From the human T2T-CHM13v2.0 reference genome, Homo sapiens: a stretch of DNA of 64,000 bases. Below are positions 13,328 through 25,729 of this stretch, one piece after another. Where the stretch lies: assembly GCF_009914755.1 (NCBI RefSeq), contig NC_060937.1. The stretch is one strand, 5' to 3'. Both the position numbers and the translations under genes were made by a program. The notes under the pieces were generated by a model, which was not told the DNA's origin, made no database searches, and was given only the letters and a program-made list of their open reading frames with translations. Every line of letters starts with the position of its first letter. Within the stretch, counting starts at the first letter, position 1.

Positions 13328-15890
13328 TTAGATCAGCTGTAGTGTCAACAACTTTATACACTGTGTGAGTAAAGAAGGGAAGGAAATCCAGGTATTGGGA
13401 TAATTACGTGAGTATTTTAACAAGAGGAAATATTTCATAGAAACTAAGAGTTGAATAAAATTATTTGACAAATATATATTGTTATGGCATGGCAATTTTT
13501 CAAAAATCTCTCCCAAGTATTTCTGAATTCATCCAATGTCCCATTCATAGATAGCTGGTTTAGCAGTTAAGCACTGTAGGCAGAGCTCAAGCCCTAACAG
13601 CTTTCTGGGACTTCTGAAAATGAAGTTCTAGTCATAGAAAGATCGACTAATCAAAGCTCATGCATGTTTATAAAATGCAATGTTATATAGACTAATCAAC
13701 TGCATCAGTATGCACATATTTAGAGATAAAGTGGATTTATTATAAATATGGATGTATATATTTGATGTTATATGAAGGGAGGCATTTGACGTAATAGTGC
13801 AGAGATATCTCAAATATCTTAACATGGGGTCTGGTTCCATTTTCAGTCACAAGGGTTAAGTAACTTGCAAAATGAGTTTTTCATCATTTCCACTTCATTT
13901 AGGGTGAGATATCTATGTTTCATATTTGGCATCCCCCTTTCCCCACATCTCAGGGCTTATCTGCCTGTCTGGTTTTAATCCATATTCAGATGTTCCTGAA
14001 TTGATATGATACTTTTCTTAGAAGACAAGTTATATTAAGAAATGTTAACAAGAAACACTGTCCTAATTGTGTGATTGAACCCATTTATGAAACCAGAGAC
14101 AGCCTAAGACACCCGTGAAGTTTCTATGAAGTCTTGCATGTTACTTACAGGCTTGTGATAACTATGCTTGACATATCACATCACCCGGATATATTTTAAT
14201 GCGCTTTTCTAGGTAATTACTTTAGACCTATATTCTTGATTTTGTTATTCATCATCTCATCTTATAGGATCAAATTGCTTGCTTTTTAACTCTTGTCTCA
14301 TTTCCCCTGAATAATTCAATAGTTCAGAGGACAAAATGAAAGGCTAAGGCTAGTGAAGAGCTACATGACAATTGTGTTGGATGAGACAAGCCCTAGCTAA
14401 ACTAAGTGAAATCTTAGAATAATTAAAGATCTCTTCTCCACAATTCTTTAACTTTGCCCTCTGATCTCTCCCCATGTCTCCATTCCTCATGCCTAGACTG
14501 ACAATGAAAAACTCTGGAAATTCAATGTAATCCAAAGTTACAAACAAATCATATCTCTGCTCAAGTGTTTCACACTCCCATGTTAATTATTCACCCCACT
14601 GCCATCATTAAATCTCCAATTCCCCTGACACTGTTAGAAAAGTGATCTGATTAAGCACATAGATTTGTGAATAGCAGCTCCCTAAACACTCTTACTAGTA
14701 TGTGATTATTCATTGGATACCTCTCTATAATATGTGAATTAGCAAATAAATATTCTAGATTAATAAATGGCTGCCTGCCTTCCTCATAGTAGATATTCAA
14801 TAATGTTTATTGAATTTTGCTTTAGTCTATATTGCAAAGAAAGAAAACTTAATAAAGCCACCTCTAGGGCAACTCAAATTTTTCATAAACTCACTGAATT
14901 TTTTCTATGTGAATCTGATCTAAGGTCCATACCTTAGATTGTCAATAGTCAGAAGAGAACTAATAAAAATTCCACAGGTTTCCAGTCAGGAATTTAAATT
15001 CATGATGTAATAGAAACAGCATGCCCAGGAAGGAGCTACCACTCCCATTTCAGTTAAATTAGACCCTTATGCCTCTTCCCAATCCATGGACCATAAGGGA
15101 AGCAGCTGGAAAAGGCAGGAGCAGATGGGGGTGTGGATTGAGTGCCAACTCAATGTTTTTTCTTCATCAGAGAAAGGTTTAGCTTTGAAGCATGTGAATG
15201 TCAGCCAAGAGCTTTGTGGAAAACTTTGGCATAGACCTTGAGACCTAGTAAGAGCTTCAGCTTCCAAAGAGTAACATGATCAACAACATATATTTTTCCA
15301 ATTTCCAGTTTACTGGCTTTGACTGTTCAGGGCTGATGAGATAATAAGTTATAATTTTTTTAATCTCTCTTCTATTTCTTATTGCATTTTCATTTCTGAA
15401 GAGAAGAATTAGCAGGGTTGTCTTTATGATATGTTTCATCTCTCCCCAGTGTCTTTATAGTGTATAATGTTAATGAATATGTGAGGGAGGGTGAGATGGT
15501 CTATTGTGAAGGGATACACAGTCTTAACACAGAAAAAAAAAGAGAGATTCTTAGAGAAGTTGAACTTAGTAGAAATGCCTTAAGGTAGTAGATTCTAGTC
15601 ACCTTCCTGCCCTAAAGTAGATACTCTTGGTTCTTCATAGTGATAAACATATTTTTGCCAGAACCACTGTATGAATGTGGGTGCTATTTAATGATAAGAA
15701 ATATTGAGACAATTTGACATTTTTTGAAGTAAAAAAATATTTCTTTTATAGAAATGTAAAATTTGAGATGTCTCCTAAATAAGTAATGTGAGACTGGAAG
15801 CCAAGGAATGAGGTTTATACTGGAGATAAAAACTTTGACCTTGTGAGCAGATTAATGGTGAATAGAGTTACAAGACCAGAAAACATCTTA

Positions 15891-16202
15891 TTTTTTTTTT
15901 TTTCTTTAGTAGAGATAAGGTATTGCTGTGTTGCACAGGCTGGAATGCAGAGATACAATCATAGTTCACAGCAGCCTCGAACTCCTGGGCTCAAGCTATC
16001 CTCCCACCTCTGTCTCCAGAGTAGCTGGGGCTACAGGAATGTGCAATCATGCCTGGATATTTTTTTCTCTTTTTCAATTTATTGGAGAGACAGAGTTTCA
16101 CTAAGTTGCCTAGGGTGATCTTGATCTTCCAGCCTCAAGCAATCCTCCCACCTTGGCCTCTCAAAGCTCTGGGATTACATATGTGAACCACTATGCCCCG
16201 CC
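15891..16202 (-). mobile_element. AluJ
   Basis: Antisense dimer with aatcatagttcacagcagcctcgaactcctgggctcaag; TSD cagaaaacatctta (15877-15890) / cagaaagtatctta (16204-16217). Confidence 0.92.
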
Positions 16203-16269
16203 TCAGAAAGTATCTTAATAACAGTAACTAACGTCCATACTAGCTATTACTAATTTTTTAAAATAATTT

Positions 16270-16455
16270 TTAAAAAATTATTCACTTATTTCAAACAGCA
16301 ACCCTAAGAAGTAGACATTATTACTGTCTTCACTTAAAAAAATTTTAAAAATATGTTCAGAGAGATTAAATATCTTGTCCAGGGTTACCTGCTAATAAGT
16401 AATCAAGCTTGAATCATCAAGCCTGCAGATCACATGCACTAAATCACTATATACC
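16270..16455 (-). mobile_element. MIR fragment
   Basis: cagcaaccctaagaagtagacattatta...cagagagattaaatatcttgtccagggtta. Confidence 0.6.
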
Positions 16456-16948
16456 ACCTTTCATGTGATAATGATTATAATAAATGTTGAAAATCCGCAA
16501 AACAAGTTTTAGGGGACTTGAACATTGTGACATAAAAAATAAAAGAGAGATCCAATAAAGTATACTTAGAATAAGTGACTAATGAAATAGCAATAAATAA
16601 GGAAAATACAGGATTCTGGAAGTCAAGTAAAGGACACCTTTTAAGATGAATAAAGTCAACGATTGTGTTAAATGATGCTGAGATTAAAATGAGACCTTAG
16701 CAGTGATGTATGGGTTTTACAAAACAGATTCTTTGGTTTACTTAAGACAATTTTAATTGGAGTAGTAGAAATGAAAGTATTTCCAGAACAGAGTGAGAGG
16801 TAGTGGAAGGCGAGGAAGTAAAGTAAGTGAGTATAATTGACTTCATGGAAAGGATTTATTTAAAGGTCACTCAGATGGTTTTGGTATTGTAGGATCAAGA
16901 CACAATGTCAAGAAAGGTTTTGTATATTATACAAAATATTATAGCATA

Positions 16949-17308
16949 TGTGTTAGGCCATTCTTGCATTGCTGTAAAGAAATACCTGAGACTGTTTAAT
17001 TTATGAAGACAAGAGCTTTAATTGACTCACAGTTCTGCAGGCTTTCCAGGAAGCAGGGTGCCGACATCAGATTGGCTTTTGGACAGGGCTCAGGAAGCTT
17101 ACAATCATGGAAGAAGTAAAACGGTGTGCAGGCATGACACATGGAAAAACAGAAGCAGAGAGAGAGAGTGGAGTGGGGAGATGCCACACTTCACAGCAAC
17201 CAGATCTCATGATAATACATTCGGCATCATGAGGACAGCACCAAGCCATGAGGAATCTATCCATACCATGACACAAACACCCTCCACCTGGCCCCACCTC
17301 CAACATTA
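16949..17308 (-). mobile_element. MSTB-like MaLR LTR, missing its 5' terminal ~50 bp
   Basis: Starts tgtgttaggccattcttgcattgctgtaaagaaatacctgagact; breaks after ggccccacctccaacatta. Confidence 0.88.
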
Positions 17309-17413
17309 AGAGAGATTCAAAACATGAGGATTTAACACATCCTTTTTTGTTTTGAAGATAGATGGTACCACAAGCCAAGAAATGAAGATAGCCTTCAGAA
17401 GTTGAGAATGACC
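17309..17413 (+). mobile_element. Internal MLT1 (E-type) LTR fragment
   Basis: agagagattcaaaacatgagg...tttgaagatagatggtaccacaagccaagaaatg...ccttcagaagttgagaatgacc resembles the MLT1E middle region. Confidence 0.6.
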
Positions 17414-17654
<241 letters not shown>

Positions 17655-17657
<3 letters not shown>

Positions 17658-17830
17658 CCATCAGATCTTGTAAGACTCATTCACTATCACAAGAACAGTG
17701 CAGCCAACAGACCCCACCCCCAGTAATTCAATCACTTCCCACCAGTTTCCTCTCATGACACGTGGGAATTGTGGGAGTTACAATTCAATTCAAGATGAGA
17801 TTTGGGTGGGGACACAACCAAACCATAACT
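17655..17830 (-). mobile_element. THE1 LTR 5' half
   Basis: aaaccatcagatcttgtaagactcattcactatc...gagatttgggtggggacacaaccaaaccata is the reverse complement of the THE1 start. Confidence 0.88.
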
Positions 17831-20455
17831 TGATTCATGGAAATTCAAAAGAAAAACTTATGTTACATTTAGTAAAGATATAAAATTCTGCCTCTAGCTT
17901 ATTCTATGTCCTTACTATGGAATAGAAGAATGAGGAGTGGGCTAAAGATGATGTTCTGCCTGTTGGGGACTATAAGATATTATTCTCAGCCATTGACTAT
18001 ATTCATACTAATAAAAGATCAGAACTCTTTTCAATAATTTTTTATTTCGAAATGAGAAAATCTCACAAGAAATAAAATTAAATAGTATCTTAATTTATAA
18101 TTAAATTTTGAATTTAGTTACAGTAACAAATAATGGCAGCACCACATATTTTGATTGACCCAGCTGATCAACAACAAATACAGTATCTCAAATGAAAAAT
18201 TTATCAAAAGGTACTAGATTTTTCTTATATTAATAGGAAGCATACTGGGGTGTTGCTGCCTGTTTTAACATCTGCATACTTCAGCTGTTTCATTTTGCCT
18301 CATCAATCTTGCAGTGCTGTTTGCAGGAAGATCTGATCCATGATAATCCAGGCATGAGAACAGCTGATGCTCAGAGAGACGGATACTCCTGATGTGACTT
18401 GTACTAACTATGCATGAGATTTTCAACTCAAATGCACCTTATCAGTACTACCCTGGCACAGAATGAATCATGCTATCGTTTTATTTTTAAATTATGAAAA
18501 TATACTTCGAACTTTTTCATTAAAAGTATTGTAGCTAATTTCAGTCATAGCTAAGGTGTTTTGGAAGTTTTAATGCATCTGCTTGCTTTAAAACATGCTC
18601 TGGAAAGAATGACTTAAGAAACATTATGCAACTGTAATTTGGTACAATTATTTCATTTTTGTGCCACAAATAGATGCCCATTTAACATGATTAGACAATG
18701 TAATATAAAATAATATAATAGAGATTTAATGCAACTTTCAATGATGTGTCAAAATTGTACATCTTCAAGTGGATAGAAAAATCTGCTGCACAAATACACA
18801 CACAGATACACACACATACATACACACCCATGTCACTCTGCATAGCTAAAATATATTAAAAGATAATATTCATTTATTTTACTTCTATTCAGGTATTAGA
18901 CTTGTTATTTGTTACCTTTATCATTTATTTTACTTCTTTTGAGATACTAGAGTTATTATTTTTAACTTATGCTATTTATATTTATGTTGTAGTGAAGGAA
19001 AGCCCTCTGAAGACTCTAACAACATTTATAAGGCATAGAATCATTTGAAATTAAGAAAAAAACCTGGAGTACATTAGAGGTGTGTAAATAAGGGTCAACA
19101 AATATACCCATTTAATCAGAGAATAGGATTGATCTATTGTACAATGCAAAGAAAATCAGCTAAGGGGGCTTCAATACACATATTGTGAATCTCTAACTTT
19201 CAAATATTGTGATTCAGTAGTTGTTGAGGGAGGCAGAAAGTTTATGTTTTTCAAAAATACTCCATTATTCTGCTTTACATTCATGTATAAAAGTTATTGC
19301 TCCATATTAATTGCCAATTTAAATTTGTATTAAAATGTGATAATTTTGTGAATGGGTTTTTAAATGTATTCATTTAGGTTGAACTTATAAAATAATGCAA
19401 ATCAATAATGACTAAATATCATTTATTTGAAATATTAAAATATTACTGTCTCATCTTTGTAGGTGTTGAATAAGACTATTAAATTTATCATTATCTATAT
19501 CATGACTTCTGTATGCCTATCAAGTTTTACTGTATATTTATTAAAGAAATATATACTTGAGTATCTTGTGACAAGGGATAGATGTATTTGTAATTTAATT
19601 TATGCAGATTCATATATTCTTTCCATTCAAAGCAAACGAATGTCACAGATAAAAATTAGGAGAAATTTTTATAGGCTAAATTAACAATAAGTTTATACCT
19701 TGGGCTTTTTCTCAAAAAATTTAACATATATAATCCAAAATAAAGAGAAACAATATGAAATGATAAATAAATATCATGAAGTAAAGTTCATTATGCATTA
19801 CCTCATCTCATGCCATGATATCATTATTTCACATGAGAGAAACTATCTCAAAAGCAGATTTTATTTTCTAGGATGCAGTATTTAGAATAAAAATAATTTT
19901 TCTAGTGTATGAAAATATCTGGAGAAAAAAAATTGTATATATTAAAAACTAAAAGCACAGCAAGCAAATATCCTTAGGCACAAATGAAGAGTTTACAGTA
20001 GCCAAGAATTTCCTTGGTTTAATTCCCACTTCTCTCCTTTGTGTCCACATCTGGCATTGATTCGTTCTAAAAGCACTGCCAAGCAAGCTAATGAAATGCT
20101 TCTCTGAACAGATATTATTTGGTTTTCATAGATAAACAAATGGTTATATGTTCCGTATTGCAATTAAGCTCTACCAAATTATGCACACACTCTCTGAATA
20201 TGCAGTAACTGTTATTATTAATATTTAGGCACATCTGTGTTCTCCAATCATATCATCAGCAATTGAAAAAATGCTAGAGCACATAAAACAGAAGTATTTG
20301 TCGCCAATTCAGAAATTAACCGTCATTCAAAATTGTGCCAATAAGCATAGTGAGTTTTGTTTTCAAAAATTGTTTTACATGCTTTCTTATTAAGAAATTT
20401 CTTGGTAGAAACACTGAAACAAAATGTTCAAGTAAATGAAACAGCAGTAAAAATA

Positions 20456-20859
20456 CAGATGCTCCTCAACTTATGATGGGGTTACATTCCTATAAACCCA
20501 TCAAAAACTGAAAAAAATTTAAGTTGAAATGCATTTAATACACCTAACCTACCAAATGTCATAGCTTGGCCTGGCCCACCTTAAACGTACTCAGAGCACT
20601 TACATTAGCCTACAGTTGGGGAAAAGCATCTGGCAACACAGTGCACTGTCAAGCATCTGTTGCTTATCCTTCTCATCGGGTAGCTGACAGGGAGCTGCTG
20701 CCCAGAATCACAAAAGAGTATTCTACTGCATATGAATAGCCTGAAGAAAGATCAAAATTCAAAAGTTGAAGAACTGTTTCTACTGAATGCGTATCGCTTT
20801 TGCACCATCATAAAGTCAAAAAATCATAAGTCAAGCCACCATAAATTGACGACTATCTC
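20456..20859 (+). mobile_element. MER47B (TcMar-Tigger MITE)
   Basis: TA then cagatgctcctcaacttatgatggggttac; degenerate inverted end ccataaattgacgactatct; B-type internal segment ggcaacacagtgcactgt...gggagctgc. Confidence 0.85.
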
Positions 20860-20969
20860 AGTGTTTATAATATTCCTCGAGGTAATAAGCCAATTTTGTT
20901 GAATGAACATACTGAATTTTTTAAACAAACACAAGCATCCCTGCAAATCCTTAAAACTTATCAAGAGTG

Positions 20970-21276
20970 GGCCGGGCACGGTGGCTCACGCCTGTAATCC
21001 CAGCACTTTGGGAGGCCGAGGCAGGCGGATAACGAGGTCAGGAGATCGAGACCATCTTGGCTAACACGGTGAAACCCCGTCTCTACTACAAATACAAAAA
21101 ATTAGCTGGGCGCGGTGGTGGGCGCCTGTAATCCCAGCTACTAGGGAGGCTGAGCAGGAGAATGGCATGAACTCGGGAGGCGGAACTTGCAGTGAGCCGA
21201 GATAGCGCCGCCACTGCAGTCCAGCCTGGGCGAAAGAGCGAGACTCCGTCTCTAAAAAAAAAAAAAAAAAAAAAAA
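20970..21276 (+). mobile_element. AluY (Yk-like variants), full length
   Basis: CpG-rich with gagatagcgcc, actgcagtcc and ggcgaaagagcg variants; pure A tail; TSD core caagagtg on both sides. Confidence 0.95.
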
Positions 21277-21327
21277 TTCCCAAGAGTGCACTTTGAAATT
21301 TAACAGAAATTTTAGATTTCCATGAAA

Positions 21328-21378
<51 letters not shown>

Positions 21379-21663
21379 TAGGAGATGGAGTCTCACTCTG
21401 TCACCCAGGCTGGAGTGCAATGACGCCATCTCGGATCACTGCAACCTCCGCCTCCTGTGTTCAAGTGATTTTCCTGCTTCAGCCTCCTGAGTAGCTAGGA
21501 TTACAGGCACATGCCAGCATGCCTGGCTAATTTTTGTATTTTTAGTAGAGATGGGGTTTCACCATGTTGGCCAGTCTGGTTTTGAACTCCTCACCTCAGG
21601 TAATCCTCCTGCCTCAGCCTCCCAAAGTGCTGGGATTATAGGTCTGAGCCACTGCACCCGGTC
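21328..21663 (-). mobile_element. AluSx/Sz with (ATT)n tail
   Basis: (ATT)~17 at 21328-21378 followed by an antisense Alu ending cactgcacccggtc. Confidence 0.95.
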
Positions 21664-21949
21664 ATCTTTCAATTTTTTAAACACCTCAGTTGGACTGAAG
21701 TTAGAGAATTATTGCCTTGTGGAATTGTGATAATAAGCTCATCCCTTACTAAATTTTGACTTTAAAAATAAAAACTCTAGATTTGCTAATTAAGCAATAG
21801 ATTTATTTAAATACTGAATATATAGTACATAAAGATTTTATTTTAACTTGAGGTTAATTTTCTTCACTATTTTATTTGTTTTAATTTTTATAGATGTCAA
21901 AAAATAATTATTCTGGCCATGAAGATAGTCCAAATATATATCGACATCA

Positions 21950-22215
21950 TCTATATGTGTATATATATATACACATACATAGATATGTGGGTATATATAT
22001 ATATATATATATATACACATACATAGATATATGTGTATCTATGTATGTGTACCATCCCACTTAGAATATTGCATTGCCTCCACATTGACTTGCTTCTTCG
22101 TTGTCTTGAACTGCTTCAGACTTTACTTTCATTTTTATAAATGAAATATATATATACACACATAGATATGTGTATACATGTGTATATATATACATACATA
22201 TATATGTACATATCT
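21950..22215. repeat. (TA/TG/CA)n microsatellite interrupted by a 94-bp unique insert
   Basis: Alternating purine-pyrimidine tracts at 21950-22047 and 22146-22215. Confidence 0.9.
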
Positions 22216-22989
22216 CTTTCCCCTTTTTATATTTAAGCCAAAAACCAATCCACACTTTTACCATTAAACCTATATCCATATCTAACTTTACATTGCTATT
22301 TAAACAATACCGAATTCATAATCATACATAATTCATGCTGAGAACCTCTGTAAAACTGAAAAAAAAAAACCCTTAGGAATAGTAAACCTGTAAATTTACA
22401 AAGGAACTAGAATTATTGCATTTTTTTGTTTAGATTAGTTATATAATTGAACGCAATATTATTATGTGTTGACTGTATGCCAGAAATTAGTTAAATTTAC
22501 TGATTTCTAGGTATCTATTATCCATTAAATTATTTATATACAGGAAAAAATCACTTTAAAAATAATAAAGTTAGGTTAAGGACTATAATAGCCTTTCTTT
22601 AGGAAAGGAGAGAAGAGTTGCCAAATTTGGGGAAATTCAAATGCAGAATTACCAGAAAATTAACTTAAATTGACTACTGATTGACAATTTGGAATTGACT
22701 AAAAGATGGAGCTTTAAGGAGAAGAAGAATTTTACTTATCAAAAGAAGAATGCCTTAAGGCAAAATAACGTGTCTGAGGGTGAAGGCAGAGCTTATACCA
22801 GAGAGGGCCATAAGTGCTACAAAGGAATTAGGTGTCACTGATGGCTCTGAAGTAAAAAAGTAGCAGTAAAATCTGAGATTTAGATTGCTAACTTGTTTAT
22901 AAAAATGAAAGTAAAGTTTGAAGCGGTTCAAGACAATGAAGAAGCAAGTCAATGTGGAGGCAACGCAATATTCTAAGTGGGATGGTACA
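22048..22989. repeat. 94-bp inverted repeat (22048-22141 / 22896-22989)
   Basis: The reverse complement of the first arm matches the second at 90/94 positions with no indels. Confidence 0.95.
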
Positions 22990-24457
22990 TTATCTTGAAA
23001 TAAGTACAGGCAATGCAGATTAGGTTAGAGAGATAAAAAACAAGACAGGAGGTGAATTCAGCCAAATATTAATTTGTTGTAGAAAATAAGCAGGAGGAAG
23101 GTAAAAAGAAGGACTTCCAGATTTCTGGTTCGGTTGATTAGGCAGCTGGTACTACAATCAGAGGATATAAGGATTCTCCAGAAAGTAACTATGTTTGAGA
23201 CATAAGGGTGGGGAATGGTGTATTCTATTTTTGAATTGTTAATTGTGCCTTTTTAAAATTGTTAAAGTTATTCAGAAGACCATTTGGGGATAAAGAGAAT
23301 ATTTTGAAACATTAGAAGGCTTTATTCTCCTAACATCTTATTATGCAAGGAACATTTATTACACATATATTTTGTCTCTTTTTGGTGGTAAGCACAGTAC
23401 TACCTATATGGCCTTTGACATACCTTGCGTCTCAGAGATGAAAGCATTCTATTGACTACTCACTAAGCCTATATTCACATGCCTTGAGGGACATGTTAAG
23501 AAAATTTAATAAGTTAATCTATAAAGGTCAAATATAAACTGTAATAAAAAAACACACTTAAAATATTAAGCAAATATAATTATTGTAATCAAAAGAATAA
23601 GTTATAAAGTAGACATTTAATTTTCTTCTTTAAGAAATAGTTTTCCCTTTTCCTGGAAGTAGGAGAAAGAAAAATTTTATCAATCACTATACTGATTTCT
23701 TTCCTAGACTTAAACCAAAGGATAATGGGTAAGCGTCTCCAGGAAGTCACATTCTGCTTACATACAATCACTAAGCAAAGGTAAAATCTATTTACACTTA
23801 ATGTGAGTAGCGTCGGTCTCTCTTGCGAAAGGAGAAAAAAAAACTAAGGTTATATCTTTAGCAACAATGAACAAGCTTGCTGCCTAGAAAACATAACTTA
23901 CCTCCTTTGCCAGATTATTAATGCCCAGTCATAGGTAGACGCAAACAGTAAAGATAAAATTAACAATATCGTCAGAATTGTTATATATATGCCTGGGTTC
24001 CTACTTGATTCTAAGCAACTAGGTTAGGCAATACTACTTGTACTATTAGAGTTTACTAATTTTCTAAGACTGACACAGCATGCACTTCAACTTTGTTTCC
24101 CAATTCTTTCTATTCTGATGAGTGTTAGTGATCAATTGCTGGATCTTCTAAACTATTCATGTGTTTGAAGTAAACTCCTTGATAGGGAATTATAAAGGAT
24201 CTCGATTTAAGTATTTCTAGAGAGAATATATATCAGCATAAGGCATTAATGTTCAATACTTTTGATTCATTTAATTATAAAGATTATTTTGTTGCTTTAA
24301 AAAGTATCTAAGTGCAGTTCTTGTTACTTTTACAGTTTAAAAATGTAGAAATAAAAGTTTTATCTTCTCATGATTTGCATATAAACATTATGTTTTACTC
24401 CATGTTAACATTTCACTCCATTTAAAGTGAAGAATACATTTTAACCACATACATGTG

Positions 24458-24485
24458 CACACACACACACACACACACACACACA
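24458..24485. repeat. (CA)14 microsatellite
   Basis: Read directly. Confidence 0.95.
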
Positions 24486-25504
24486 GATTTACTCAACCAA
24501 ATGTACTTAATTGGTTTTCCATTCTAACAAGCTTGTAAAGCTCTCATGAGTGATAAAAAGATGAAATAAAAATTAAAAAAACATATTTTAAAGGCAAAGG
24601 AGGACATTAGAGATTTAATTTCTGTCTAAAATGTGCTTAGCAAGGCTAACTTTCAGAAGCATTTATATACACTCTGGCTAACATACCCTCCAACACTTAC
24701 AAAAAGCATGGGAATGGGTAACTGGTCTCTGGATCAAGATAGCATTACTATTCGTTTCTACTGAAATACTTCTTCAAAGTGCACTTTGGAAGAAAATGAA
24801 AATATTGTAATTTTCACAAAAAGATTGTAGACTATTTTGAGAAAATTATCAAATGAATATTCTTAAAGTAGTCAGAGATTTCAGTTACTCTGTTAAAATA
24901 ATACTTTTCTTCGATGAAAACAATGCTATAGCAGTCCAGATTTAAAAACTGAAAGAAGGGTTAGTTTTTAAGAACAGGAGACCAAAGACGTGTATTTTAC
25001 ACTTGAAGGTCAATAGATTCAGTTTCTATCAGATTAGGATAGATGAGTTTAGAAAACCTCATGAAAACTCTTACTTCAATTTCTACTCAGTTTGTCTTTT
25101 TGTTAACTGATGATATCAGTTACAAAAGGGCAAGGTGAGAAAAACAGTCTGTAGGTAATCTGTACATAAAGAACATAAGGTGTCTGCTAAAAATAAACAC
25201 TGGTATTGTGCTAAGATCTAACAGGAAGCAGGGTGCTTGTCAGGGAATTGGTATGGGACACAGCACAGCCAGAACTGTGAGAGGTAATACAAAGCAAGTG
25301 TGGGCAGTAATTTGGGCCAGGATGGGTACCAGGAGTCAGCAGATATCATTGCAAAAGTTCACTGTTGGTATCAGGAATACTTGAAATCAGAAAGCCGAGG
25401 TGTGATCCAGCCATGAAGCCTAATCTATGAGATACAGTGCTCTCATTCAAGGGATGAGGGATAAATTCATTTGATGCAGCCTTGCCCTTAAAGGATGGCT
25501 TGTT

Positions 25505-25729
<225 letters not shown>

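Larger units (their letters stand above)
15660..16900 (-). mobile_element. L2 fragments interrupted by AluJ and MIR
   Basis: L2-like antisense motifs (tttgagatgtct...ctggagataaaaacttt; ctggaagtcaagtaaagga...gtgttaaatgatgctgaga); approximate. Confidence 0.5.

Noticed and set aside
18280-18420. Possible exon after tttgcag
   Set aside because: Weak polypyrimidine tract, no convincing donor and no recognisable peptide.
21061-21429. ORF with a poly-Asn tract
   Set aside because: Read-through of two Alus and the (ATT)n tail.
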